Assembly: GCA_003693705.1 (NCBI GenBank)
Contig: RBZT01000176.1
Span: forward strand, 1 to 64,000
Direction of reading: 5' to 3'
DNA length: 64,000 nucleotides
DNA from: Polymyxa betae A26-41
Taxonomy: Eukaryota; Protista; Endomyxa: Phytomyxea
Positions 34,632 to 49,600 of the stretch are shown in pieces. A program made the translations under genes and the position numbers. Each line of letters opens with the position of its first letter. The stretch's first letter is position 1. Under the pieces are notes generated by a model. That model worked only from the letters and a program-made list of their open reading frames with translations. It searched no databases and was not told where the DNA came from.

Positions 34632-37600
34632 TCACCTAACAGATCGAGCAGATTCTCTGTTTGCTTGGCTTCTGCTAAGTAGCTCGGCAGTTTCTTGTCG
34701 TTGCTCTAGAGATCGTTCTAATGCGCTCCGGATTAATTGCTTCATGTTTTCGTCTAAATCCTGAAATTGGTCTCAGAAATCATAAATGATAGGGACGTGA
34801 TGATATTTACCGGCTTAATATCAGATCTATAGGCTCGGGCTGGCTGCGGTTCAAAAGGTTCAACTAATTCTGACGAAGGCTGCCCGGTGGAATCCCTTAA
34901 CGAATCTATTTGAGCCTCTTCTGCCCTTAGCACATAATCTGATCTTCGTGAGCCTGTCGATCCTGAGCTTGATTTGCGCTCAAACTCTGGTTGCACCATG
35001 ATCGGTGGCTCAATAGTATTTCGACGCGAAATTTGCTTGGTTTCAGCAACTTCTTTCACCTATGTTGAATGAAACAGTGAAACAAAGACTTCTTCAACAA
35101 GTACCGCAGTCATTTTCGTATCCACCACCTCAGATTCGATCGATATACGGCTGATTTGGTGTTTACTTGCTGGTGCATGACCTGAGAGTCGAGCTACCTG
35201 ACGTCCCATCATACAAACAATAATACACGAAGAAATTTGTTTACGAAGTCTTGCTCTGCCATTGATTCACTTCTCCGCAACTGACGTTTAGTTTTAAGCA
35301 ATGCAGCCTCAGCTGCTTCGCGATGCGCTACTGCCTGCTGCAGTGTTTGATCTGACTCTTCCAATTTCTGATAGAAAAAAACATTGAGGCATAGTGAAAA
35401 TTCGACAGCATTTTCTTACCGCTTGAAGGATCTGGATTTCGGATTCGCAAGTCTCGATGCGGTCAGCTTGTTCTGATATCTGCAACCAACGTCAGGGCGT
35501 ATACACAACAGTAACACGTTGCCATGCCTTTTGTAGATGTTGAGCACGGGTTACTGCAATTACATCCATATCTTGCCTCATTTCCTCTATTTGAAGCAGA
35601 TTCATCTGAATCTGGTTCTGAAGAGATTCAATTTCGTCTTGCAGCGGTTGCTTGGCATCAAAAATCCTCTTTTGACAAGCTCGATCGAGATGCGCTTTCC
35701 ATTGATCAAGCACCTCATATTCATCAGTTTGATTAATCTCTAGAATTGAGTTTATCTGTTATCAAGTTTAGCTGTAAGCACAGAAAGCATCTATCCTACA
35801 AGTTGTCTATCGATATCAGCGTATCTTGCTACGACGAATAAAGCGTTAGAGCATCGGGTCAGCTGCGTCTTGAATTGTCCAGTAGCCAATCGCAACTGCT
35901 CGGAATCCTCCATTGAGCTTTTCAGTTGCTCTTCAATACGATCCAGTTCTTGTTCTTGCTTCATGACTTGATTACGTAACTGGCTTTGAATATTCGCATT
36001 GGCTTCAAGTTCAGCCTTGATGAGTGTAAATTTACAATCAAATCACGTAGATGACCTTACCTGAATTGCTCGAGCTTGTTCTCGTTCTCTGCGATTGCTT
36101 ACCTCAAGCTCATCAGCTTTGGCTTTCCAGCTATCACTTTCTGCCTTTAATATGCTGATATGCTGTTGCAGATTATCAACAACTGCATTATGATGCGTTT
36201 GGATATCATTCTAAAAGGAAAAATAAGAAATCGAATAACTTCAGTTTTGCTTACATACAATTTGAGAAGCAAACTGCTCTTGTTGCTGTTTCAACTGAAT
36301 TTCTTGTTGCTTAGATATTTGAACAGTAAGCTCATCTCTCGTGTTAGACACGCTAACTTTGGTGTTTCGAATCAATGATCTCACACGGTGAGCGAAATCG
36401 ACAAACGAGATCTGTTTCTAAAATGAAATATCCCATGATTTGCAAAAACCATCTTTACATTCAGATCACGGTGAATTTCGTTCAACTCACGTTCCATGAT
36501 ATTCTTATCTTCCCCTAACTTGGATCTGAGTTTAAAGCAAGTCTTTGACAGCATGGTCCGAATTTCATGCGACAAACGGCGATTTGATTCTCGTGATTCG
36601 ATTACAGTTAACGCTGACGAACGCGAAGCTGAATCTCTCTCCTCGATAGCTGCCTAATTAACAAATCAACCGAAATGTTATATTTCAATGAGCAAACCGG
36701 TACATTTCGAGCCACTTCTAGATCCTCAATATGACCACGAAGATCTTGGGCGGTTTTTTTAGACGCTTCCAAAGCTGACTCTTTAGCAACAAGTTTCGAT
36801 TCCAAATCCTAACAACGCTTGAAAAGCTGACATAGATTATTCACATCACAAGGAAGTACCTGGATCTGACGCTGAAACAATTTTGAATCCCCATCGATCT
36901 GATCATGAAGTTCAGGTATAGATCTTTGTAGTTTCTGCTTGTCATCCTGTCCAGATTCAGCTTTGGACTCCAGCCGTACTTTTAAAGATCCATTTTCTGC
37001 TTCCAACGTGCGACATTTTTCCTATGGCATTCGTAAATTCGAATTTCCATCTAAACGCCAGCAAAGAAAGTACCTCTATCAGAATTAATTGCGATCTAAG
37101 TTGAACCTGAGCATTCTGCAAAGCTAACTCGTGCTGTCGCAATTCATTTCGCTGCTCCAGCTGCAATGCCGCTATATTCTTTTCATACTGCTCACACGTT
37201 CGACGCAGCTGTGCAACAGTATCATCTACCCTATTCCCTTCTGCAAAATCTTGGTATCGTCTCAGAGAAGTTCGCATCCCATCGCATTCTTTTTCTGCTG
37301 CCTTTAAGCGTACTGCCAATTCTTTCAACTGATCTGTCCGCTCTTCACATCGACTTTCGCTTTGTCGTCGCTTTTCAACCTTTTCATATTGAGCGTTGAC
37401 AAAATTGAGCACCATGTCAACTTTACCTCATCACTGACGAGACCAGATAGTCGACTAATATTTTTGGTTGCATCATCCAACTGTTGAGCTATTGAAAGCT
37501 TAGCGAATTATCACGAGGAGTGAATGCGACATTGTACTTAGATTTCGACAACGAGTTGATTCCGCATCTAGTTGTTTGGTCAATTGCTGAAACTGCTGAG

Positions 37601-39799
37601 TAAAATTATCAAGATCGCGTTCAGAACGTTGCAGTGACAGTCGCGTCGATGACAGCTCAGCTTGCACAGCCGACAATTCAGCGAAAGTTCGTGACTTTTC
37701 TTGATCCAAGCCTGAAAATTATCAAATTTTACTCAGATCTGGGCCCTTGCCATTTACAAGATAATTTTCGCTCATATTCATCGGATATTCGCTTTCTTTC
37801 ATGCTCTATTCGCAGCTCCGATTCTTGCCGAAGGCTGGTTCGAAAAACCTCATTCTCTCGAACAACATTCGCCAACAGTGTAGCTTCATCCTTACTGGCG
37901 TATTCAGCCTCAGCATCTGAACCAAGAGTCGATCAGCGCTTAGCTAAAGATCCCGCTTAGTCAAACTTTTTCTTTCTTGTTCTTGTAGTTTTTGCTTTAG
38001 CAAAGTTTGGTAGTGGCGGTGAATTTTTCGGGCCTCTTCTTCTAAACGAGTTCGGAGCTCTAGTTCTATACTACGCTCGTTATCTGCTCGTTTCTCAATC
38101 AATTGCGTATTTAATGCTGCAAGACGCTCATGCCATTCTTGTTCCCTAGTCCGTCTCTACAGCAATTTCAGCAGCTGGACAATCGTACATTCCTCAGTAT
38201 TCACCATTTCAGAGTTGTTACGATCCGCCTTATCGAACTGGACCTTGGCTTCCTCTAGTCGCTTTTCCAGATCTTGGATTCGTTGCTGATATATTTGACG
38301 ATCTGCATGCACTGATTCGACTTGATGTTCAGCATGGGCCAGCTGGTCTTGTAGTGACCGTAGTGCTTTGGCAGAATCTGTGATTTTTCGTTCATCTTCA
38401 CGAAGCCTTGCCTACGTGTATGATTAGAACAAGGTTCAAAATGAAATGAAATCCAGACTCAGGGCACTATGAGAAACATTAAATGAAACGTTAACGCCAT
38501 TGAATAACTATTGAATAGAGCAAACGACTGATTGTTAGAGACCAAATGCAACAATACGATATCGAGTATTGAAGTGCCGAAATGAAAGCCAAATCCCTTT
38601 CACATACTTTGAGTTCGTCTCTTTCTTTGCTCCATTGTTTCTTTCGATCATGAAGCTGACCTTCCATTGCCTCAACCTGCGACTGGAATTTTGCATGAGC
38701 TTGGACGTTGAGGTCTTCTTCAGCACGAACTAGTGATTCCACTTTGGCTCCCACAAGCGAGTATTTATGAGCTAGCTTCATTCTATACACGATTAAGAAG
38801 CATTCCTTGTTGTGATCTGATCAAAGGCCCTTACCTTTGTTGCTCAGATTTTCGCAATGCGGCTGCAATCCTTTCAGCCTTCTCCTTCAAGCTTTGACAT
38901 TTTCTGAATGCTGATTGTTTATCTTGACTTTCTCTTTCGAAACGTTCCCTCAAAGCGTACATTTCTAAAATCATTAGAACAGTTAAACCAAAAGTTATAC
39001 CAGTAAAAAACCAAAAGTTGAAAAAATTACCTGTAAGCCTGGTTTGGAGGGTTTGGATTTCAGCCTTTTGCTATCACAGCACATTCAAACTCATGGCAAG
39101 AATAATCAAAATTGCTGAGACCTGTTGATGCTCATGTATCAATTGGTCATACTGGGCACATTGCTCATGCAATTGATGGTGAGCAACCCGTAACTGTTCC
39201 AAAGCAGAGCGCTCTGCTTCTTTATGGGCTTCAGCCTGTGCTCTGCATGCTTCTGCCGCTCGCTCTGCATGTTGAACCGCTTCCTCACCTAAGTATTACA
39301 TAAGACATACGGCTTGATTAATGCATTCCTATTTACATCGTCGAGAGTCTGCAACAGCTTCATCTGCAGTTGCGGCTTGTTGAGCTAAATGGTCTTTTAA
39401 ATGTTGAAGTTCAGCATGTAGCTGTTCACGATGCTTTTCAGCTTCAACAGCAGCTTCTATCTGATCCCGAGTTGCTTCTCGAATGTGCTCTACATGCTGT
39501 TCAGCTTGCTGCTTTTCATAGATTGCCGCAGCTAATCTTTTCCCCTTTGCGGTTTTAGGTGTTTCTGTTTTTCAGTTTGTATTTTTTAATTGTACCTGTT
39601 CCTGAGTCATAGCTGATTGAATGACTTCACATATTCGTTCAACCGCAAACGGTACAGTGACAGGATTGGCAATCAAAGCTTGCAGGACTTCATCCTGGCC
39701 CAAGGACATGAAAGTATCTGATATGAAAGGCATCCATGACTCAGAGATGACATTTGCTGATATTTGAGGTGATAAAGGAACTGATGAATACAGCACCAT
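34632..39799 (-). CDS. Large multi-exon coiled-coil protein (possibly centrosomal or basal-body)
   Basis: A long series of short E/Q/K/R/L-rich heptad exons on the minus strand (ORFs 36957, 37500, 38491 and others), separated by about 50-nt introns. No family recognised; could be more than one gene. Confidence 0.65.
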
Positions 39800-39966
39800 C
39801 CATGAAAAAGATGTTGGTCATTTCATTCTTAAGAAGAGTCACCTACATGCAACATGTCACACAGTTCTGAAATGGAGCTTTGGACTTAGTCCAATATTTA
39901 TTTAGCGAGGACGAATCGCTTTTATGACTTGACGATATTACGATGACAACAGTCAACTTAAGGGTA

Positions 39967-42100
39967 TTAAGATAGCAGTTCATTCTGCTCGACCATCATG
40001 CTTTCGCTAAATGGCTCCATGATCCCTAAAGTCGGGAAAATTTCAGAAGTAGGAATTGATACTACCAATAAAGCAACCTTCATAGCTTTGCTGTATCGCA
40101 GCGTCGTCTTGCAAATCATTCCCAGCATTATCTGCTTCGGAATAGCTGCTATATTCAACAATTGCGAAACGATCCCAATCGCTAAAAATATATCAGACAG
40201 CAGCTCAAACCAGACCACATCACACTGACGTCATTTCAGGGGTCGCTCTGATCTGCTCTATTAAAGAGGCATCACGAGACTCATACTGGATGAACTTGTC
40301 CAAATTCAGAAGCATGTTGAAGAAAACACGAACAAGTTTGCACCGCCTTAGATCCGCTCTGGTAATCTGACCAATGAGATCAGGTTTAACAATGTCCATC
40401 CTGTTGACACGATTAAGCCGTCAAACTCTACTAACTATGAATCACAAACAGTTGGCAGACGAAATCGTTCAGGGAGATATGCTCATGAGAAACATGGTGA
40501 ATTCGAACAGATTGGGCTTTATAAAACATTTCAATTTCAAAGACGGTTAATAATCCATCACCATCGATCTGGAAAAAGTACCAGCTCAGAGGGTGAATTT
40601 TCCAATGGATAATTGATCTACGTACATCACAAACACGGAACCAAAAATCGAGCGCCGCCGGTGACGATTTGTCTTCTTCAGAAAGTAGGAAATCTGCAGA
40701 GATGCATTCAAAATTAATGAAACATGAGGGTTAACGGAACTCCTACAAATAAAATCTTCATACGTCATCACGTCATTAGGCTTGCCACCAGCAGGAGGAT
40801 GTCGCAAAGCCACTTCAAATATTCTGTCTATCGCGATTGACGTTAGTGCATAATTGCCCTAATCATTGATTATTAAAGCACCAAGACAGAGCAAACTATT
40901 CGCTACGTATTTCGCTAAATCGTCTCTAGTAATAAGGAAATCGTGATCGTGATCAATCTAACGAATCCGAGTAAGAAGCATGAATCCGAAAGAACCAGAT
41001 AACCAACCTCCCAGAATTTGCAATAAATAACGTAGAAATGCTCGTACGAGAAATACTGGTTTACTTCATTGATGTCGTCTTCCTGATCTAGTCGATCTAG
41101 AGCGTAACTGCAAAGCAAAGTGATTAACCGGTAGAATATTACTAAGAATATTAGCATACAGTAGATTACTGGAGCGAAGCTCTCCAAGAGTAATCCGCCC
41201 ATTTCCACTGCGATTCACATTGTAAAATATCCTCGTAATTACAGTTTCCACTAAATGACAATATGAGATTCAGGAACCCTCAATGGCAAGCAGGCAGAGA
41301 CCATATTTATCTTGAAACTGTTGAGAATCTGCCAAAAACCTTAACCCAGGATGGTATAATACGACATCGCGGACCAGACTCTCGAAATGCCATCGCTCTA
41401 GCGCAGGGGAACTACGACCTAACGTCCTGAATAGTCGAGTAACACGATCGCATGTCTGCAGATGTGCCTCCCAGAAACTGAATAGCCTTTAGAATTCCAT
41501 TGTCATGGTGTCACTCGAGATCTACCTCTTAAATGCAGTCATCGAAACAGACGACCCTTCATCAAATCCATTAACGGCATCGAACAGAGCCGTATTGCAA
41601 TGAGAAGGTAACTGTGCAATCTGCTTTGTTACGACCCGGAACTGATCTCTGGTTAGAGCTGCATTAGGAGCAGGATGGCTCTCAGCGTCACTTCGGCCCG
41701 GAGTGCAGGTCTGATGGCCGAACGCAGCCGGCCCCAGAAAGAACTCATTAATCGATCTCTACGCCAAAACGTCAAATCGAAGCCAACACATGGATTAAGA
41801 AACTAAAGACAGAAACAAGGAGCCAACCTCTTCACGAGATCTTGATGAAGGCGATAATGGTGTACCACCAGGGAAATAGAATTGCTTAATCTGGCCTGGC
41901 CCTACTTTCTGGCCTCGGAATACTCTGCCTTTGGTTAAAGCTCGTGAAAGTGGAGAATGCGGCGGCCTAGGACTGCATGGTTGCTGCAGCGGTGACGAAT
42001 GCCGCTCGATGACGGACTCGACGAGAGTCGGCGTCTCGTTCATAGACAGCCAGTTTAAAAAAGCGACCTGGACTGGAGAGCTAGCCAGACCGTCGGCCAT
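39967..42100 (-). CDS. PP2A regulatory subunit B'' (PPP2R3 family, EF-hand), multi-exon
   Basis: [50 protein letters not shown]|[10 protein letters not shown]. Confidence 0.92.
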
Positions 42101-42629
42101 GCAGGGTGCCAATATTTAAGACCAAAAGCAAGGAACCAAAGCAAAAGACAAAATTTGTACTCTGGAAGGTCAAACCTGCAAACTCCGCCGAAATTAATCA
42201 CACAAAACTCAACATTCTTCAAGATCAGGAAGATTCGGTTTCTGCTTGATGCCACTCTTGTCTCCTGATTCTGGTGCTTGTTCAGGATATTCATCCGGAT
42301 GTGTATAATAAATCCGGGTTTTGGTTATTCGTTGCATCATTGCTGAAACGCAGTGGAGGTCGATGTTGACAATCGGTGCTCTACAGCCATCGTGAAATAC
42401 TCTTATATCATTATAAATGACCAATTTCGCCAATCGTAACAATGATAGAATCCCTCGGTTGCAGTCCTTGCTTGGAAATGAAGTGCCGTCAAATATTTTG
42501 CATGGCTTCGCTTTATTCCATCTTTCTATTATTATCAAGCAGTATTTGAGATTCGATGAATCTAAGATTCAACTGCTGCCGGATTAATCGTACGAACTGC
42601 TAGGTTCCGTTGCTAACTCTGAATTTGTC

Positions 42630-43346
42630 ATGTTCACCCAAACTGACTTCGTGATCGGCTGCCTTCTCACTGCATTTGCTGTTCTTTATGTTTGGTTCCC
42701 AACGGTTGCGCCAGCGGAATCTGAACTTCCTTTGGATCCTGCAGCTCAGTTTGCTAGTGATCTGATTGACAGCCTGCATAAGCTTATCGCTGAGTTCAAA
42801 GTTGAAGGTGAAAGTACAAATTTGAACCAGTTCCAAGTTTCCTTCATACAGCTGTCACAATTAGATATGGGGGATATGAGATTTCGTCTAGTCTGGCCAA
42901 AATCCAGGGTATTGAAAAATGAGTTGGACGATCTTTTTAATGGTTGGAATGAGGCTGGCGATCAATTCAGAAAAAAAGTTGAAAGCCTTCCCAAGTTGAC
43001 AGTAAACACAGCAGTGCGCTGGAGGGATATAAAAGACGACCTGTTGAAGTTTGAGATCAAATCAGCAGATTACGATCGACTTTATGGAATTGTCACTCGA
43101 AGCAACGAAATAGTGTTTAAAAAAAAGGCAATTGCCCTTCAAGAAGCACTTCAAACCAGAGCGACGCAAACTCTACCTGTTTTCCCAGAACAGTTCCCAA
43201 GCGAAATCATCGAGATGCAGATCCAAACCTGGTGTGAGCAGGTTAAAGACATGAATATCGATCCGGTTTTGAAGCAAATCTCTGTCGACTCGGCTGAGTC
43301 CCAGCTGAGACAGTTGAAACGTCTGCGAGAGCTTCAAGACGATTGA
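42630..43346 (+). CDS. Hypothetical helical protein with N-terminal signal/anchor, intronless
   Basis: 238-aa ORF with hydrophobic FVIGCLLTAFAVLYVWF. No family recognised. Confidence 0.6.
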   Translation: MFTQTDFVIGCLLTAFAVLYVWFPTVAPAESELPLDPAAQFASDLIDSLHKLIAEFKVEGESTNLNQFQVSFIQLSQLDMGDMRFRLVWPKSRVLKNELDDLFNGWNEAGDQFRKKVESLPKLTVNTAVRWRDIKDDLLKFEIKSADYDRLYGIVTRSNEIVFKKKAIALQEALQTRATQTLPVFPEQFPSEIIEMQIQTWCEQVKDMNIDPVLKQISVDSAESQLRQLKRLRELQDD

Positions 43347-43502
43347 ATACGAAAAATAGAAGCGAAATACAGAAATGGGAAATAAAGGTTTAACAAACGG
43401 AGGAGGCCGCAGCTGCAATAAGTAACCCATTGGGCTCTAAAGTCTGAACCCCTCCTGATATGCCCCTTGTCGTTACACTTTACGTATTACTTTATTGTTG
43501 CG

Positions 43503-46500
43503 ATGAGCATCGTCGTTGTCGATTGCCTTGACCAAAGTGGAAAGCGGCAGACGGTTGAGGTCAAGGTCGACATCAGCAATCCCAGCCTCACACCTTATGG
43601 GATTCGGCGCTCTTTAGCTTCGACTTTGCATGTCGACCCAAGCCTGATTCGTTTGTCACCGAGCTCGAGCTCCCAGATAGAGGTCCCTCAGCGAATTAAT
43701 TGTACAGTTCTGGACCCAAAGTTTTTAACGCTGAAGATTTCAGGTTTGCAAACTTTCTTTTATTTGGAAGACACTCTGGCAAACCTGGTTTAGTTTGCGA
43801 ATTCCAAGCAGAGCCATTTCCAGTGGCAGTGCATCCAAATGATAAGCTCATCGATGTAAAATTTGTTTTATCGAAACGAAACGGCCTGTCTGCCGAATCG
43901 CATGTACTGGCGCCTATGAAACAAGCAGCTTTGCCGGATTCAACCTCTGTTTCGGCCGGTATGGCTTTGCAGCTGTGGTACGAAATTCGCAGCGAAGAGA
44001 AGGGACGAGGGACTGCACACAGGTGATTGTCTGATGATGAAATCGATGCTTGTGTTCAATATCTTGTATTCAGGTCGCGTACCACCCTGCTAGCCCAGGC
44101 TGATCAAAATCAGACCACTCTTCAACATGTACTTCGTAAATCGTTTGAAAGTTTTGCAAGCCTTCGCATGCTGGGGACTCGGAAATGGAATGATGTAACT
44201 TAAACGCTGTCATTCATTTTTCGTGTTTGACTTGGAAAAGGAACATACTGTCCGACTGAATATGTACACCTGGCAGACATACCAAACTGTGTACACCCGC
44301 TGTAAGAATTTAGCTTCAGGATTTAAACATCTTGGCATCAATCCCGGCGATAAAATTGGCATCATGTCAATAAACCGCGCTGAATGGTTTGTAGTTGGCT
44401 CTTAATCTTCAATTTCCAACACAGTTTTGCAGGGCAATTACAGATTTTACATGCATGCTTTCCGGATTTATCTCGGTCACCATCTATGACACGCTGGGGC
44501 CGGACGTTGTCGAATATATTGTCAATCATGCTGAAGTGAAGGCCATAGTCGTAAGCCAAAAAATGGTGAGCACCGCGCTACAAGAGACTCTATTCTTGAT
44601 TTCTTTTTCAGTTACCTGAAGTCGTGAAAGTTCGATCGAAATGTCCTGGCCTCTCTCTGGTTATTATGATGAATGACTTACTTGTAGAAAATCAAGGATC
44701 GAATGACACGTTCGATTACCGGTTTTCTCAAGTCGAAGAGTAGGCAGTTGATCCCAAGCTGTTCTTGCATGATGTTGAATTTCTGCAGGTTAGGCAAGCA
44801 AAACCCAAAAGCAGGCGATGCCGCTATCAAGCCAAGCGATATTGCGTCAATTTGCTACACAAGTGGGACTACAGGGAATCCCAAAGGAGCTATCTTGACC
44901 CATGGAAATCTTGTCGCTGCATCTGCTGCCTTATGCCTGTTCGCGGGTGATGCCGAAATTGTTGCTGGTGTTGACACGGCCGTTTCTTATCTTCCTCTCG
45001 CTCATATTTATGAACGACTAAGCCATTTGTTTGCTGTTTCTAAGGGGCTTGGAATCGGTACGTAGGGCCTTCAGCATTTGCTATGTATTGACTATTCTAT
45101 TAGGATACTTCAGCGGAGATACTGCTCAACTTGTTGATGATGTTGCGATTCTCAAACCGAGTATTTTTCCTGGAGTGCCTCGTGTCTGGCAGCGAATTTT
45201 CAATAAAATCAATGGCCAGGTTGCAGATGTAGGTTTCTTGAAACGTAATGGAAGTTTTCTGATGCATTGCCGCAGAGCACTTTCATCACAAAGAGATTAT
45301 TTCAAACAGCATATGAAAGCAAATATGGTGCGCTTAGATCTGGAGACCCAAATCCGGATTCTGGCTTCTTAGATCGCCTTGTTTTCAAATCGATCTCCAA
45401 CAAATTCGGCGGAAACCTAAAGCTCAGTAAGACGGGTTTCACAAGAACCGCATCAGAAATGCTAAGAATGTGTTTAGTGATTTCTGGCAGTGCTCCGATC
45501 TCTGCTCGTATAGCTACCTTTATGCGTATCTGTATGAGAGCGCCCTTTATGGAGGGATACGGGCTGACAGAAACATGTGCCTGTTAGTTTATTATTGTTT
45601 CACGATCCCTTGATTGAAATGTAATCAGTAACTTCATTGACGCCTTTGGATGACGTCGACTACGGTCAAGTCGGCGTTCCGGTACCTTGCTCCGAAATAA
45701 TGCTCGTGGACGTTCCGTCAATGTCTTATTTGACAACCGATCAGCCTCATCCTCGAGGTGAAATTTGGATTCGAGGGCCGAATATATTTGCTGGATATTA
45801 TAAACAGGTTGGCGATGTGACTGATGATCTCATCTGACTGACGCTTTTTAGCCTGATGTCACAAACGAATGTATGACACGAGATGGGTGGTTTCGGACAG
45901 GTCTGTCTCTATTTTTTTTTTGTTTTTCTAATCTGTCCCTCAGGTGATGTTGGCCGATGGCGTCCTGATGGTCGATTAGAGGTACATCATTTTTTCGTAA
46001 ACCTCAGGAGCTATCCGCTTAAGAAAATTCCAGATTATTGATAGAGTGAAGAACATATTTAAGCTTGCTCAAGGCGAATATATTCGTCCAGATCATATTG
46101 AGGCAGTTTACAAAATGTCGCCGTTTATTGCAAACATTTTCGTATATGGCGACAGTACGCAATCGTTCTTGGTTGCTATTATTGTTGCAAATCAAGAGCA
46201 GCTAGCGAAATTTTCTTCACAAAATCATATCGACGTTAAGGCAAATCCGAAAGCTCTCCACCAAGCAATCGAGAAAGATATGAGGAAATTTGCTGAACGG
46301 GAAGGTATCGCATTCCTATCGTATTGATGTTTCCTTGTGTAAGCATTGGATCAGGTTTAAAGGGATTTGAGCAAGTTCGCAAGTTTGTATTGATCAACGA
46401 GGATTTCACTATCGAAAACGGTTTACTGACACCTTCTCTCAAACTCAAAAGACACGAAGCGAAATTGCGCTTCAAATCTGAAATCGAAAAATTATATCAG

Positions 46501-46530
46501 TCAAACGAGACCCTTCCTAGCAAGCTGTAA
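43503..46530 (+). CDS. Long-chain acyl-CoA synthetase with an extra N-terminal region (possibly ubiquitin-like) and C-terminal SKL; multi-exon
   Basis: ICYTSGTTGNPKGA, SYLPLAHIYER, EGYGLTET, GEIWIRGPNIF, GWFRTGD, KNIFKLAQGEYI. Ends PSKL* (PTS1-like). Confidence 0.92.
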
Positions 46531-46609
46531 AGTGGACTCTAACATCCGTTTTCACTGAATATATTATTATCTTGGTTTATATATGTTTCTAACTATTAAG
46601 TTTGCCCGT

Positions 46610-49600
46610 CTAATCAAATTTCCTGCTAAGCATTATGTCTCTTCTGTAAACGAAATATGATACTATGAACACAACCAGCATGAAACTGGCGAGCCCGATG
46701 ATTGTCAAGATCGCGGTCAGAGTATCAAGCGGTCTCCCATATAATTCAATAATGAAGACTGTCGATAAGTTGCAGTAACTGTAAATCTATGAATTACTTC
46801 TCTTGCCTCAAGATTGGATATTTTCTCTTACCTGTAGCGAAGATCCACAACAGTCACTTGAAACGTCATATAACCATCAGGAGCTTGATTCTTGAATTTC
46901 AACATGTTCTTTCCCGTAGAGTTGATGATCTAATTGTCTATCAGAATTTTGAAAAGCAGATAAATTTTTAATCCGACTTCGTAAGATGCAGACATCCAAT
47001 CGGACCCATCGAGGGTGCCGCTAGGTGCCGCAGAAAAGCAATCGATGTTGTTTTCTGGAGTCCAATTGGCTCCTTTTAGCCTTTCCCATGACTGAGGTCT
47101 ACGTGCACATCCAACCTGGCTAGCGGTAGCTGTATATTGGTGATCAGATCTCCCTGTCATTTCTTGAAGAACGTAATCGGCCGTCATTTCTTCCACAAAA
47201 TGGCCGTTTCTGAAGAGATCGATAACTGGGCGGTATCCTGTCGTTTGATGGAATACAAGAATTGGCCCGCTGGCAGAATCCCGAACCGATATGGACGTCT
47301 TTGGAGGGCATCCCACCCTAACTCTTGTTACCGCCATTGCTGCGAATTATTAGAATATATATTAAAGAAACTCGTAAGCATACCTTTCCCACATGCGTGA
47401 TTCCCGTGCAACAAATTGACAGAGAACGCTGTGCTACCTGTAGCTCGCGTCTCGCGATCGATACGACCGTTGTACTGATTGGCAGCCTCCTGAACAACAG
47501 CACTGTTCATTATTTCTGTAGCGCCAAGCTCAGAAGAAGAAATAGTAGAAGACGATATTCGCAAAAGACTCGAATCGTCAACGGCAACAGCAACAGGACC
47601 AGCTTGTAAGTTACTGTATTCCTTCAGGACAGTCTAAAAACAAAATTATGAGTATAGTCAAAACGTGATAACGGTGCAGTCTCTACCGTGACTGTTATGT
47701 TATCACCCATGTCAATGTAGCTTGGCAAATCTGGTGGCAGAGATAATAGCTCATAAGGGCACGAAAGCGATTCTAACGTGGGCGAAGACCTGACGCCTCG
47801 AAGTTCATCTTCCAGCGGAATTTCGTATGAAAGTATGTTCGACGAAGTTGCAACAATTAATTTCATTCCTGGAATGTCACGCTGGGGCTGTAGAACTAGG
47901 TACGTTGATGATGTGTTTACCCTAACTCCTACAAATAGCACACAAATTCAGCTTGGAGTCCAGCTTAAAGTTACCGACATACCCGATTGGATTTCGATCG
48001 CTTCCATTAATGGCATAATACCATAGAAAACACGGTTCGTTGTAGTTAAAATCGCATAAGAAGTGCTAGTCGGCAACGTGATCAATTGCCTAACGAACTC
48101 GCCATCTTGAAGACCAGGTTTGTGTACTGGTGAGCGCGCTGTCAGGCGAAGCTTATTCAACGAAAAACCGGAATTAGGAGTGAAGAGCACGCCATCGGAT
48201 TCCACCACAAAACTATTTCTTGATCCAAATCCTGCTCCAATCAGGGTCGACAATCCAGAAAATGAAGTTCGAGCTTTCGTCCAGAATCCGTTATAATACT
48301 CGTAGAATAATGTCCCGTTGCTGGCATCGCGAAAGACAGCTGTGAAGCCCAAATATTTGCGGTATTCTAGAGCAGCGCTTACAATTTTGAATTCCATAGA
48401 GGGAAAATCAACGGAGTCGAATGTGACGCCTCCATCGAAACTGCTATAAAGTGAATTAGAATTGAACAGCAGCAGCATTTTAGTGTTTTGGGATTGCGAT
48501 CCATCAGGTTGTAGCAGATCATCACACATTTCCGCAGCCTAACCGTTTCATGATGAGCACAAGCGAATTCCTTCTCGATGGTGCTTACTCGTAACTGTGC
48601 AGCACTGAAGTTGAAAGTCGGTGACACACCGCTTGCTGGCAATAATGACTGCATAGTAGGAGAATACATTACCCGCTTGTTGGTTAAAACCACGAATGTA
48701 GTTCGTGTAAACGCAATATCGACCAGCGTTTCGTCGATAGCTATAATTTCATCAGAAATCGTGAGAGAGGTACGATGTGGTTTAAGCACCTAAGGGTACA
48801 CGAAGCACTTCTACAGAGCTAAACATATTCTGAGTGAACGCGATTGAGTTGGTCCCAGGATACGGCAGCGCCATCGTTGAAAACTCACAGACGTCTCGGC
48901 GTAACGGTCCTGGAGGCGTTGAGGGTATTGCTACCGTATCCCACGATGGCGTAAATTGTTGTAAAAATAGAGGAATAAATGCATCTTTAGCCTGATATGT
49001 CATAAAAGAGACGCCAATTCCTGAGAGCGACAATGAAATAAACTCCTCTGAAAGTACCATTGCCCGACTACCTTGAATGATTGCGGCAGTAAAAGAAGGG
49101 ATTAACGCAATGCTTATCGGAACAACCCATCGCGACCTCGTAGCGTTGAATGTCACAGGACCTGTGGCCTGAATTGAAGGCGACGAGAAAGAGACTGTGG
49201 GAGATTCTCCAAATTCGAACATATGAAAAGTTATATCATCGGCGGATGCCTCGTCAAGGACATCGTGCAGCCAAATCGACAGCGTTGTTGTTGCGTTTGC
49301 AGTTAAAACAGAATCCGTTGCAACCCGCCACGACAATTCTTGAATATTATCCTTCAGACGAACTGAAAACTGATCAGTCCCGCCCAAACCATCGGAAATC
49401 TTAAACTATTCTCAGTCCCAACATTGATTTCAGTACAAGAAGGACCTGGACGATTACGTGGATTGGAGAGTTGCATGCAACGACGGCTGTTGGCTTCGTC
49501 TCATTTGAAATAGAACAGGCATCCTTAGCAGACGAATGCAGAACCCAAAGTGGAGTTGGTACATCAAAAACATGCATTCTGATCGAAGTAAAAATACCCG

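Noticed and set aside
39967-40228. Two overlapping small hydrophobic ORFs
   Set aside because: They are largely alternate frames over the last exons of the PP2A B'' gene (MT|[10 protein letters not shown] continues through them).
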